DNA of 48,166 bases, taken from positions 1-48,166 of the forward strand of contig SXHR01000117.1 of the NCBI GenBank assembly GCA_005773625.1. Direction: 5' to 3'. Position numbers and translations under genes: made by a program. Within the stretch, counting starts at the first letter, position 1; each line of letters begins with the position of its first letter. This DNA is from Planctomycetaceae bacterium (GTDB lineage Bacteria; Planctomycetota; Planctomycetia; Pirellulales; UBA1268). Below are positions 8,211 through 17,082 of this stretch, piece by piece. The notes below the pieces were generated by a model that did no database searches, had not been told where the DNA came from, and was given only the letters and a program-made list of their open reading frames with translations.

Positions 8211-9260
8211 ATGCGACGCATTGGCCTTGCCCGACTGTTCGCCGTTCTCGCCCTCACATGCCCGGCCGTCGCCCCGCTCGTGGCCGCCCCGCTCGATCTC
8301 GCCGCTGTGCCGGCCGACGCGAAGTGGGTCATGCACCTCGACATGGACGCGGCCCGCGCGTCCACGGTGATGGAGCGTGCCATGGCCAAGGCGATGAAGA
8401 TGCATCCGCATGCCGGCGGCATGATGGACATGGTCGCCAAGATGTCGGGCATGGATCCGCGGACCGACCTCAAGGACGCGACCGCCTACGGTCCCGACAC
8501 CGACAAGAAGAACGGCGTGCTCATCGTGCGGGGCAAGGCCAACCGTGAGTTTCTGACCCGCATGGTGGAGAAGGCTCCGGACCACAAGACGATGACCCAC
8601 GAGGGGCACACGATGCATGCCTGGACCCACAAGCGCGGCCGGCATGGCGGCACGGTCGTCGGAGCCTTCTACAAGGACGACGTGATGGTCTTCTCGCGGA
8701 CCGAAGAGGCCACGAAGGCCGCTCTCGACGTGCTCGACGGCCGAAAGCCCTCGACCCCTGCCGAAAGCCCGCTCAGCGGCCGCGTCCGCCCGGGCTCGAT
8801 CGTCGTGGCCAGGGCGGCCGCAATCGATCCCAACACGAAGTGCCCCGTGCTCCGCAAGGGCGACGGCTACCGCGTGGCTCTCGGCGAGGAAGAGGGCAAG
8901 GTGTTTTACCGGGCGCGGCTCGACATGCAGTCGGCGGAGGCTGCCGGAGAGGTACGGGACGTCGTCAAGGGCCTGACCTCGCTGGCGTCGCTCCGCTGGG
9001 GCTCGGAAGAGGCGGTCATGGGGCTCGTGAAGACCATGAAGATGGATGTCGAGGGGGACACCTGCAGCATCGCCTGGGATGCCTCGGCCGACGACGTGTG
9101 GAGCGTGGTTGACAAGGCGATGACCCGCTGCGAATCGAAGCAGTATCGCGGCCGCTCGTCCTGCAAGAGCTGCGACAAAGGCTCGTGCGACGAGGGTTGC
9201 CCGATGAAAAAGAAGGAAGGCGAGTCGGCCAAGAAGCCCCTTGGCGACGACGAGTTCTGA
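8211..9260 (+). CDS. secreted Met/His-rich protein with Cys-rich, Lys-rich C-terminal tail (function unknown)
   Basis: Signal peptide MRRIGLARLFAVLALTCPAVAPLVAAP. 'MKMHPHAGGMMDMVAKMSGMD' and 'HKTMTHEGHTMHAWTHKRGRHGG' patches. Tail 'CESKQYRGRSSCKSCDKGSCDEGCPMKKKEGESAKK'. GGAG lies 10 nt before the ATG at 8211; the track starts at TTG 8205. Confidence 0.6.
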   Translation: MRRIGLARLFAVLALTCPAVAPLVAAPLDLAAVPADAKWVMHLDMDAARASTVMERAMAKAMKMHPHAGGMMDMVAKMSGMDPRTDLKDATAYGPDTDKKNGVLIVRGKANREFLTRMVEKAPDHKTMTHEGHTMHAWTHKRGRHGGTVVGAFYKDDVMVFSRTEEATKAALDVLDGRKPSTPAESPLSGRVRPGSIVVARAAAIDPNTKCPVLRKGDGYRVALGEEEGKVFYRARLDMQSAEAAGEVRDVVKGLTSLASLRWGSEEAVMGLVKTMKMDVEGDTCSIAWDASADDVWSVVDKAMTRCESKQYRGRSSCKSCDKGSCDEGCPMKKKEGESAKKPLGDDEF

Positions 9261-9294
9261 TCTCCTCAGGCCGCTCTCCGGGGGTGACGGAACA

Positions 9295-9903
9295 ATGGGT
9301 GTCCGCGGGCAAGACGACGTCGAACTCGTCGAGCTGGCGATCAGTGGCTGCGAGGCGAGCCTCGCAGCCCTGATCGCGCGGCATCAGACGGCGATCGTCC
9401 ACTACGCCGCCCAGATCCTCGCCCGTGGGGGGCGGCGGGCCGATGCGGAGGACGTGGCCCAGGAGACCTTCATCCGGGCCTGCCGGAGCCTCGGGGAATA
9501 CCGGTCGTCAGGGCCCTTCGGGGCCTGGTTGTTCGCCATCGCCCGGCGGACGTGCCTGAATCACCTGCGGACGGAGCGGCGACACGCACGGCGAACCGCG
9601 GTCGTCGCCGATCGGACCAGCGGCATCCCGCGGCCCGACGACACCGCGATCGCGGCGGAACAGCGAATCCGGCTCTGGGAAGTGGCGCGGGAGACGCTGC
9701 CGGAGAATCAGTTCACCGCCCTCTGGCTGCGGTATGTCGAGGAGATGCCGCTGACCGACATCGGCGGCGTGCTCCGGCGCTCGCCCGCGGCCGTAAAACT
9801 CCTGCTCGTCCGGGGCCGGCGGCGTCTGGAGCCGGTGCTTGCCGAGTTTGCCCCGGGCCGACCGCTCAGCGAAGTTCGAATCATCGTGGAGGGTGCCATA
9901 TGA
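9295..9903 (+). CDS. ECF-type RNA polymerase sigma factor
   Basis: Region 2 'DAEDVAQETFIRACRSLGEYR...FGAWLFAIARRTCLNHLR' and region 4 'LPENQFTALWLRYVEEMPLTDIGGVLRRSPAAVKLLLVRGRRRL'. ATG at 9295. Confidence 0.85.
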   Translation: MGVRGQDDVELVELAISGCEASLAALIARHQTAIVHYAAQILARGGRRADAEDVAQETFIRACRSLGEYRSSGPFGAWLFAIARRTCLNHLRTERRHARRTAVVADRTSGIPRPDDTAIAAEQRIRLWEVARETLPENQFTALWLRYVEEMPLTDIGGVLRRSPAAVKLLLVRGRRRLEPVLAEFAPGRPLSEVRIIVEGAI

Positions 9904-10424
9904 ATGACGTGGATCGACTGACCGACGACGCCTTGGCCTCGGTCTTGCGGCATGAGGCCCACCATGACCGCCCCGGCTTCTCGCCGGACCTCCACGCGAG
10001 GATTCTGGCGTCGGTCAAGGACGGCACCCCCCTTCCCGTCCACGTTCCGCCTCGGGGACGGGCCACCATGGGGATTGCCGCAGGCATCGCCGCAACCGCC
10101 GCCCTGCTGGCGATCGCCATCGCAGCCCGGCCCACCCGGCAGCCGACGGTGGAGGTGGTGGACGTAGCGGACATGGCGGAAGTGGCAGATGCGTCAGGCA
10201 TGCGCGGCATACCTGACACGGCTGCGACCATCCCGCCGGCGCGGGAGCCGGGGCTCTCCAGCGACGGGATTCCGCCGCTCAGCGGGATTCCCACGCTCGA
10301 CGAGATCGGCGAGGCGTTGCTCGCGGAAACGACATCGCTGGCGGCTGACGCCGCCGGCCTGCCCCGCTGGAACGAGCTCGTGGAGTCTGCGCCTTGGCAG
10401 CTGCCGCCGCGGGAGACGCCCTGA
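9900..10424 (+). CDS. putative anti-sigma factor (single-pass membrane protein)
   Basis: ATG at 9900 overlaps the sigma stop (ATGA). Short cytoplasmic N-domain, one TM helix 'MGIAAGIAATAALLAIAIAA', Pro-rich exterior part. Call rests on position after an ECF sigma gene. Confidence 0.55.
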   Translation: MNDVDRLTDDALASVLRHEAHHDRPGFSPDLHARILASVKDGTPLPVHVPPRGRATMGIAAGIAATAALLAIAIAARPTRQPTVEVVDVADMAEVADASGMRGIPDTAATIPPAREPGLSSDGIPPLSGIPTLDEIGEALLAETTSLAADAAGLPRWNELVESAPWQLPPRETP

Positions 10425-10489
10425 CCGACCCCGACGACATCAGCCCACGCCGGGACAACGCCGCGATCGTGGGCTGACGGCCAGCCGCG

Positions 10490-11509
10490 TCACGCCGGCT
10501 TTGCCGGAGCGTGCCCGCGGGGTCCGAAGGCCAGCACCGTCGCGGCGCCGACCGCGACGACCAGCATGCCCGCGAGGAAGAACGGGCTCACGCTCGACAG
10601 CGGCGTCTCGTGGAGGGCCAGCGTGGTGAGCGTGTTGATCACCGGCGCACAGCCAAACACGACCGGCATCACCGTGAAGGGCTTGCCACCGAGCGTGAAT
10701 GCCAGGATCGTGCCGAGGGCCCCGATGGCGCCGAGCGAGCCCGCCCCGAGGCTCCAGAGCATCCCCGCCATGTTCCACTGGCCGGTGTCACCCAGCGGCC
10801 CGAGCAGGGCCAGCGGTACGAGCACGGCGATCAGAAAATACGCCGCTCCGATGCAGATCAGCGGCCGGAGCCGGCTCCCCTGCATGCCCGCCTGACCGCG
10901 GTGCAGCACCGGGCCGTACGACCCCCAGGAGAGCATCGCCAGCGCGATCGAGAGGAGAACCGCGACGAGCCGCTCCGCCCTCTGCTCGACCGACCGCTTT
11001 GGAGCGTCGGCAGGTGCCGCCGTCTCCACGGCGGCGGTCGCCGCCGGCCGTGCCGGCTGCGGCTTGAACACCAGCACCGTGACGGCCCCCGCGATCACGA
11101 GGAGCAGACCGGCGAGGAAAGGGGCCTTCAGCTGGCCGAAGCCCCGGTTCATCGCGGCGGTCAGGAGGGTGTTGATCACCGGCGCGCCGCCGAAGACGAG
11201 CGGCATGACGTAGATCGGCTGCCCGCCGAAGTGGAGCGCGAGGATCACGCCGAGGGCCCCAAGCGCGCCCGCCGCACCGGCCAGCAGGCTCCAGACCACG
11301 CCCCGCGTCGTCCAACTCCCCTTTTCCCCCTTGAGGAGCAGGGCCAGCGGCACGATGACGGCGATCACGAAGTAGGCGATGCCGACACAGACGAAGGGCC
11401 GCAGCGGCGAGTGCATGTCGTCGCGGCCGAAGTGGAGCACGGGGCCGTACATGCCCCAACACAGTGCCGTGAGCCCGATTGCGGCCAACATCCCGAGAAA
11501 CTGAAACAT
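10490..11509 (-). CDS. polytopic membrane protein built from two homologous halves (DMT/EamA-like architecture)
   Basis: 339 aa from the ATG at 11509 (MFQFLGMLAAIGL...). The halves align by eye: 'WGMYGPVLHFG..SPLRPFVCVGIAYFVIAVIVPLALL' vs 'WGSYGPVLHRG..SRLRPLICIGAAYFLIAVLVPLALL', and 'VMPLVFGGAPVINTLLT' vs 'VMPVVFGCAPVINTLTT'. The start overlaps the upstream gene stop (TGATG). Confidence 0.7.
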   Translation of the reverse strand: MFQFLGMLAAIGLTALCWGMYGPVLHFGRDDMHSPLRPFVCVGIAYFVIAVIVPLALLLKGEKGSWTTRGVVWSLLAGAAGALGALGVILALHFGGQPIYVMPLVFGGAPVINTLLTAAMNRGFGQLKAPFLAGLLLVIAGAVTVLVFKPQPARPAATAAVETAAPADAPKRSVEQRAERLVAVLLSIALAMLSWGSYGPVLHRGQAGMQGSRLRPLICIGAAYFLIAVLVPLALLGPLGDTGQWNMAGMLWSLGAGSLGAIGALGTILAFTLGGKPFTVMPVVFGCAPVINTLTTLALHETPLSSVSPFFLAGMLVVAVGAATVLAFGPRGHAPAKPA

Positions 11510-13227
11510 CACCTGTCTCCTCGTGGCATCACCAGGGGAATCGTCACGGGCCAGCCGGGAAACTGCCGCGGCACGCCATCGGGGCCGGTGGCCGGAAACC
11601 GCGGCCAGCACTCCAACGTGATCGCCTCCTTCACGAAATCGAACCGGGCCATCCCGTAGCCGTCGGCACGCCGCTTCTCGTCGGCCCCATCCTGGGGATT
11701 CGCGTAGGCCGCGACCGTGATCTTGTTGCCGAGGCCGTCTTCGTAGTCGCCGGTCCACGGCAGCGGACTGTCCGGCACGGGATTGGCCCCCGGCCGCTCG
11801 TCGAGCGGATGCCACCAACGACCGTAGATCGTGTTGATGAGCGCGGGGGCCGTGAACGCCCAGGGGCCGTCCCCGTGCGCGTCGATGCCGTGCCTGACGA
11901 CCGTGGCGAGGTGCTGGTCGCCGCAGAAATGGGTGGCGTTTGCCGCCGCGAGCAGCCGGAGCGCCGCGTTGCGGCCGCTCTGCGGCCAGCCGTTGCAGTC
12001 GAGATCGGCGAGCAGCCGGTTGTCGGGAGTGCCGTGGAGATGGACGGCGCCGCAGAAGGCCGTGGCTGAAAGCGCCGCTTTCGCACGGATGCCATCGCGT
12101 TGGCGGCTCCACCGTTCCAGCCAGGCGAGCTGCCTGCCGCCGAGGAGCTCGAGCCCCGGCTTGTCGATGCTCGCTCGATCGTAGGCCGGATCGGTGATGT
12201 GGTCGGGCCGCGGACCCATCTCGGGGATGCTGCCATACGGCCCCGTCTTGAACTTGCGATCCTCGATGATCGCGCAATCGAGACCGCCGACCACGAGCCG
12301 CGTGAAGAAGACGCCGATGCCCTGCTCGATCGGCGCGGGATCGACCGGATCGGGGAGGTGCCAGGTCTGCTGCCGCTGCACCATGTTGACGTAGCCGGCC
12401 GGATAGAAATAGCCGCCGTCGGCGCCGTCGATCCGCTCGGCCCGGCGGCCGCCGGCTCCCCAGAGATTCGCATGGCCGACGTCGTGATCGTCCGGAATCG
12501 TCACGGTGGGTCGATCGCGGATCACGTCGCGGAACTGCAGCCCGAACTCGATCCAGCCGACCGTGTGCTGCGTGTGCCGGTAGGTCTGGTCGCCGGCGAA
12601 GAAGAGCAGGTCGGGATCGGCCTTCACGAGGCTCGCCACGAGTTCGGCACGCGGCCCCGGGGTGAGCGACGAGTTGCACGACATCACGCCGAGCGTGAGC
12701 GTCGGCTTGTCCGCCGGATCGCGCCGCACGAGTCCGGCGAAAACGGCCTCGTCGCCGTGTCGCACCCGGTAGGGCCAGTCGCGGGAGGAATCCCAGTTCT
12801 CGACCCGGAAGTTGGCATCCCAGCCCGGGTAGTGCACCTCCGCCCGCGCGGCCTCGACCCAGGCGTCACCGCGGAGGATTTCAAGCCGCGCCTCGCCGGC
12901 CTCGCCCGGCTTGAGGGGGAAGAGCTGCGCCGAGAGCTTCAGGGTGCCCCGTGCCTCGGGCCTGACCGTCACCGTGTAGAGCGCGAAGGCGATGACGTCG
13001 GCACGCGGCACGTCGAGCGCGAACGGGCGGCCGTCCGCGCCCCGCGTGCCTGACTTCCACCAGGCACCGGTCGCCCACCCGTCGAGATCGGGAGCCGCGT
13101 CGCCGAACGGCCGCGGGTCTGGTTCGGCGGGGACGACCGCTGCCTGCAGCGGTGAGCGAAACCCCGCCGCCATGACCATTGCGACGCCGACAAGCACGGG
13201 ACCGACACTCGACCGTTGCCTGATCAT
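11509..13227 (-). CDS. PhoD-like metallophosphatase, secreted
   Basis: Signal peptide from the ATG at 13227 (MIRQRSSVGPVLVGVAMVMAAG). 'LGVMSCNS', 'LLFFAGDQTYRH', 'TIPDDHDVGHANLWG', 'LLGGRQLAWLERW', 'DCNGWPQSGRN', 'HFCGDQHLA' follow the order of PhoD-type metallophosphoesterase motifs as remembered. Confidence 0.6.
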   Translation of the reverse strand: MIRQRSSVGPVLVGVAMVMAAGFRSPLQAAVVPAEPDPRPFGDAAPDLDGWATGAWWKSGTRGADGRPFALDVPRADVIAFALYTVTVRPEARGTLKLSAQLFPLKPGEAGEARLEILRGDAWVEAARAEVHYPGWDANFRVENWDSSRDWPYRVRHGDEAVFAGLVRRDPADKPTLTLGVMSCNSSLTPGPRAELVASLVKADPDLLFFAGDQTYRHTQHTVGWIEFGLQFRDVIRDRPTVTIPDDHDVGHANLWGAGGRRAERIDGADGGYFYPAGYVNMVQRQQTWHLPDPVDPAPIEQGIGVFFTRLVVGGLDCAIIEDRKFKTGPYGSIPEMGPRPDHITDPAYDRASIDKPGLELLGGRQLAWLERWSRQRDGIRAKAALSATAFCGAVHLHGTPDNRLLADLDCNGWPQSGRNAALRLLAAANATHFCGDQHLATVVRHGIDAHGDGPWAFTAPALINTIYGRWWHPLDERPGANPVPDSPLPWTGDYEDGLGNKITVAAYANPQDGADEKRRADGYGMARFDFVKEAITLECWPRFPATGPDGVPRQFPGWPVTIPLVMPRGDR

Positions 13228-13381
13228 AGACAAACGACCCTCACGGGGACGATCCGTCGGCACGAACGCCGAAGGACCAGGCGGAGACTCCGGGTCACAA
13301 TGTCGTGCCTGGACGTGATGGTCGCAAGCGGTGGCCGCGGCCGACGGCGATCTCCGGACGTGGCGGCGCTCCTGCGCTGCA

Positions 13382-14677
13382 TCAATCATCGACGGCGGGC
13401 GGTGTGCCGTTCGGGACCCCGTCATGCTCCGCCAACAGCCAGGGCAGGTTGAACCGTGCCAACGAAATCCGGGCGTATGGGAAGCTCTTCTCACCGGCCG
13501 GGGCATCGCGTCCCCGCTCGAAGATGCAGAGCATCGTCCCATCGGGCAGCACGGCGAGGTCGCTGTAGGCGCTCGGCCCGGGCTCGAGAACCCGGCTCAC
13601 GGGCCAGGTCAGGCCGTTGTCGCGGCTGAGTTTCACCGAGAGATTCCGGCGGTCGCGACGCTTGCCAGGCTTCGGCTGGACGGCGGCGCCTCCGAGCGAG
13701 TCGGGCCCCGAAAAGAGCAGCCACCGCCGCCGGTCGCCGGCGGCGCCGACATCGACCGAGGCCAGTCCCGCCATACAGATGGGCTCGGGCAGATCGTTCA
13801 CCGCCGCGGGCCGCGTCCATCCCGTGGCCCCGTCGTCGCTGAAGGCCACGAACTTCCGATGCACGACCGCGTGGTTGCGGATCAGACAAAAGACCCGGCC
13901 GTCGGCACATTGGGCCACGGCCGACTCGGTGGGGCTCGGCGTATCTTCGCCATTGCTGCAGATGATCTCGCCGTGTTCCCAGGTCGCCCCCCGATCGTCG
14001 CTGAAGATCGTGGCCACGGCGGCACCGTGGTGGGCCGAGCCCCTGGAGGTGGCGAGCCAGACGGGCACGACGAGCCGCCCGCCGTGGAGTTGGATGCCGT
14101 GTCCGGGGCCGGTCGCGATCACCCGCCACGGCCATTCATCACGAAACCCGGCGAACGTGGCCGTGATGTCGACGGGGTCGCTCCAGGTGACGCCGTCGTC
14201 CGTGCTGCGCAGATGGAAGCAGCGCATGTATTCGACACAGTAGAGGAGATGCACCGTCCCGTCGCGCTCGACGATGGCGACCGGATTGTTGACGGTCTGC
14301 TCCCCGTCGCGGCCGATGGCCTTGCCGTCGGGCTGCTCCGCGTTGGCCGGGTTCCGCGGAAGTCGCGGCCCGAGATGGGCCACCTGCCGCGGCGGGGAAA
14401 AGCTGCGTCCGCCATCGGTGCTCCGCCGCATGTGCACCTCGATCTCCCCCCAGTCGGCACACGAGGTCGTCCGGGCCTCGCAGTAGACCAGCACGGTGCC
14501 GCGGGGGGTGACGACGATCCCCGGAATCCGGTGGCAGAAGACGCCGCCGGTTCGCCCCCCGAAAAGATCGCTCGTCTCGTGAACCGGCACCGGCTCCGAC
14601 GCGGCGGCCGCTGCCGCCATCACGGCGAGCAAGAGGCAGGCGGCGGGCCAGACGCGGCCGCCGGCGTTCATTCCCAT
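13382..14677 (-). CDS. exo-alpha-sialidase (GH33, BNR/Asp-box), secreted
   Basis: RIP motif 'FCHRIPGIVV'. Asp-boxes 'STDGGRSF', 'STDDGVTW', 'SDDRGATW', 'SDDGATGW', 'SRDNGLTW'. Signal peptide from the ATG at 14677. Confidence 0.85.
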   Translation of the reverse strand: MGMNAGGRVWPAACLLLAVMAAAAAASEPVPVHETSDLFGGRTGGVFCHRIPGIVVTPRGTVLVYCEARTTSCADWGEIEVHMRRSTDGGRSFSPPRQVAHLGPRLPRNPANAEQPDGKAIGRDGEQTVNNPVAIVERDGTVHLLYCVEYMRCFHLRSTDDGVTWSDPVDITATFAGFRDEWPWRVIATGPGHGIQLHGGRLVVPVWLATSRGSAHHGAAVATIFSDDRGATWEHGEIICSNGEDTPSPTESAVAQCADGRVFCLIRNHAVVHRKFVAFSDDGATGWTRPAAVNDLPEPICMAGLASVDVGAAGDRRRWLLFSGPDSLGGAAVQPKPGKRRDRRNLSVKLSRDNGLTWPVSRVLEPGPSAYSDLAVLPDGTMLCIFERGRDAPAGEKSFPYARISLARFNLPWLLAEHDGVPNGTPPAVDD

Positions 14678-14907
14678 GAAGTGTTCGCCTTCCCAAGCCC
14701 GAAGCGGCTCCCACGGGCCGACCGGAAAAGCCGCGGAACGGTGCCCGATCACGGCCCCGTTCCGCTCCTGTCTCGATGAACGTCGGCCGTGCTACATTCT
14801 GCCGGGGTCAGGGCCTGGCCGCAATGTCCCCGGGCACGCCGGTGGGCCACGCAGGGCGGTCACCGATCCGCCCACGGAGATCGTCAAGGAACCGACGTGA
14901 AACAATC

Positions 14908-15840
14908 ATGAAGAACCGCTTTCGAGGGTTGATCCCCGCCACCTACACCCCGCTGACCTCGAAGGGCGAGGTCGATCTCGACGCCATCCGTCCGCTGGTC
15001 GAGCGGCTGCTGGCCGACGGTGTGGACGGGCTCTATGTCTGCGGCAGCACCGGAGAGGGCGTGTCGCTGCGGGTGGACGAACGGAAGGCGGTCACCGAGG
15101 CCTTCATCGCCGCCGTCAACGAACGGGTGCCTGTGATCGTGCACGTCGGGCACAATTCGCTGACGGAGGCCTGCCATTTGGCCGCCCACGCCACAACGGT
15201 CGGCGCGGCCGCGACGTCGGCCATGCCGCCGACCTACTTTCGGATCGGCGACGTCCGCATCGTGGCCGACTGCTGTGCGGAGATTGCCGCCGCCGCCCCC
15301 GGCCTGCCCTTCTACTACTACCACATCCCGATCATGTCGGGCGTCGCCCTCGACGTGGTGTCGCTGCTCGGGCAGGTCGCCGACCGGATCCCGAACTTCG
15401 ACGGCGTGAAGTACACCGCCAACACGATCCACGAATATCAGGAATGCGTCGCCTTCGATGGCGGACGGTTCGACATGCTCTACGGCTACGACGAGCTGCT
15501 CCTGCCGGCGCTCGCCGTGGGGGCCCGCGGGGCCGTGGGCTCGACGTTCAACATCGCCGCGCCCCTCTACCGGCGGGTCATGCAGGCCTTCGACGCCGGC
15601 AGGCTCGGCGAGGCCCGGGAGGAGCAGTTGCGGGCCATCCGGATGATCCGAGTGGTCATGAAGTGGCCCTTCCACCCGGCGATGAAGGCGGTCCTGGAGA
15701 TGCTGGAGACGCCCTGCGGCCCCTGCCGGCTCCCGTTGCCGACGCTCACCGCCGCCGACACGCTCGCGCTCGGCGAGGAGCTCCGGCAGATCGGCTTCTT
15801 CGAGTGGGCCCGGCCCACGCCCCCGATGGCCAAGCGGTAG
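14908..15840 (+). CDS. nanA: N-acetylneuraminate lyase (DHDPS/NAL family)
   Basis: 'GLYVCGSTGEG', 'YYHIPIMSGV', 'GVKYTANT' (Schiff-base Lys context), 'LYGYDELL', 'GSTFNI' parallel the E. coli NanA blocks as remembered. Sits inside the sialidase cluster. ATG at 14908. Confidence 0.8.
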   Translation: MKNRFRGLIPATYTPLTSKGEVDLDAIRPLVERLLADGVDGLYVCGSTGEGVSLRVDERKAVTEAFIAAVNERVPVIVHVGHNSLTEACHLAAHATTVGAAATSAMPPTYFRIGDVRIVADCCAEIAAAAPGLPFYYYHIPIMSGVALDVVSLLGQVADRIPNFDGVKYTANTIHEYQECVAFDGGRFDMLYGYDELLLPALAVGARGAVGSTFNIAAPLYRRVMQAFDAGRLGEAREEQLRAIRMIRVVMKWPFHPAMKAVLEMLETPCGPCRLPLPTLTAADTLALGEELRQIGFFEWARPTPPMAKR

Positions 15841-15849
15841 GCCCGATCG

Positions 15850-17082
15850 ATGCGTTCCACGAATGAATCCGATGCGACGAGGGCCCTGCGGACCGCATGG
15901 ATCGTGGTCGCGCTGCTCGTGCCGGTGGCCATGCTCAACTATCTCGACCGGCAGATGCTGGCCGCGATGAAGACCTCGATGATGTCCGACATCCCCGACA
16001 TCGGAAGCCGTGCCAACTGGGGCATCGTGCTGGGGTCGTTCAAGTGGGTCTACGCCCTGTGCAGCCCATTCGGCGGCTACGTCGCCGACCGCTTCAGCCG
16101 TCGGCACGTGATCGCGGCGAGCCTGCTGGTCTGGTCGGCCGTCACCTGGTGGACGGGCCTCGTCGACACGTTCGCGGAGTTGATCGCGGCCCGGGCCATC
16201 ATGGGCATCAGCGAGGCGATCTACATTCCCGCGGCCCTGGCGATGATCACCGACTTCCACCACGGCTCGACGCGGTCGCGTGCGGTGGGCGTTCACCAGA
16301 TGGGCATCTACGCGGGCATCATCATCGGCGGATTCTCCGGATACGCGGCCGACAATCCCGACATCGGATGGCGGAAGGCATTCATGGCCTGCGGGCTCGT
16401 CGGCATCGCCTATGCCCTGCCCCTGTTCTTCCTGCTGCGAAACCCGTCGCGGCCCAAAGACTCCGCATCCGGGCCGTCACTCGGGGCGGCCGCCCGTGAG
16501 CTCTTCTCGAATCCCGGATTCCTCCTGATGATGCTCGCCTTCACCCTCCCCGGCATCGCGGGCTGGGTGGTGAAGGACTGGATGCCCGACATCCTCAAGG
16601 AGAAGTTCGCCCTCGGGCAGGGCAAGGCGGGCGTGACGGCGGTGCTCTACGTGCAGATCGCCTCGGTCATCGGGGTGCTCGTCGGCGGCTGGCTTGCCGA
16701 CGGCCTAATGAAGCGGACCCCCCGGGGCCGGATCTTCACCAGCGCGCTCGGCATGAGTTTTTTCCTGCCCGCGCTCTTCGGCGTGGGGAACGCGGGCACG
16801 CTGACGATCGCGATCGGCTGCCTGATGCTCTACGGGCTCGGCTGGGGATTCTTCGACTGCAACAACATGCCGATCCTCTGCCAGGTGGTGCGGCCGCAGC
16901 TCCGGGCGACCGGCTACGGGTTCATGAACATGATCAGCATCGCCATCGGGGGCGTGGCGGACTGGGGCTTCGGCGCGCTCCGCGACATGGACATCCCCCT
17001 GAACCTGATCTTCAGCGCCTTCGGGGCCGTCGCGATCATCTCGGTCGCGGTGGTGCTTGCGATCCGTCCTCGAGAGGCGTGA
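15850..17082 (+). CDS. MFS transporter (candidate sialic acid/sugar-acid importer)
   Basis: 12-TM-like profile. 'LNYLDRQML' and 'GGYVADRFSRRHV' (MFS loop 2-3 motif). 10 nt after nanA. Confidence 0.8.
   Translation: MRSTNESDATRALRTAWIVVALLVPVAMLNYLDRQMLAAMKTSMMSDIPDIGSRANWGIVLGSFKWVYALCSPFGGYVADRFSRRHVIAASLLVWSAVTWWTGLVDTFAELIAARAIMGISEAIYIPAALAMITDFHHGSTRSRAVGVHQMGIYAGIIIGGFSGYAADNPDIGWRKAFMACGLVGIAYALPLFFLLRNPSRPKDSASGPSLGAAARELFSNPGFLLMMLAFTLPGIAGWVVKDWMPDILKEKFALGQGKAGVTAVLYVQIASVIGVLVGGWLADGLMKRTPRGRIFTSALGMSFFLPALFGVGNAGTLTIAIGCLMLYGLGWGFFDCNNMPILCQVVRPQLRATGYGFMNMISIAIGGVADWGFGALRDMDIPLNLIFSAFGAVAIISVAVVLAIRPREA

Noticed and set aside
11510-12679. Upstream 390 codons of the 729-aa track ORF 10490..12679
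   Set aside because: Only the last 339 codons (from the ATG at 11509) are hydrophobic and internally duplicated. The upstream part is Arg/Pro-rich and overlaps the PhoD-like gene out of frame.
13331-14779. 482-aa plus-strand ORF; also 14884..16296 (470 aa, minus) and 18323..19870 (515 aa, minus)
   Set aside because: All are antisense to the sialidase/nanA/MFS genes, which carry Asp-box, RIP, GSTGE or MFS motifs. Low-complexity translations.
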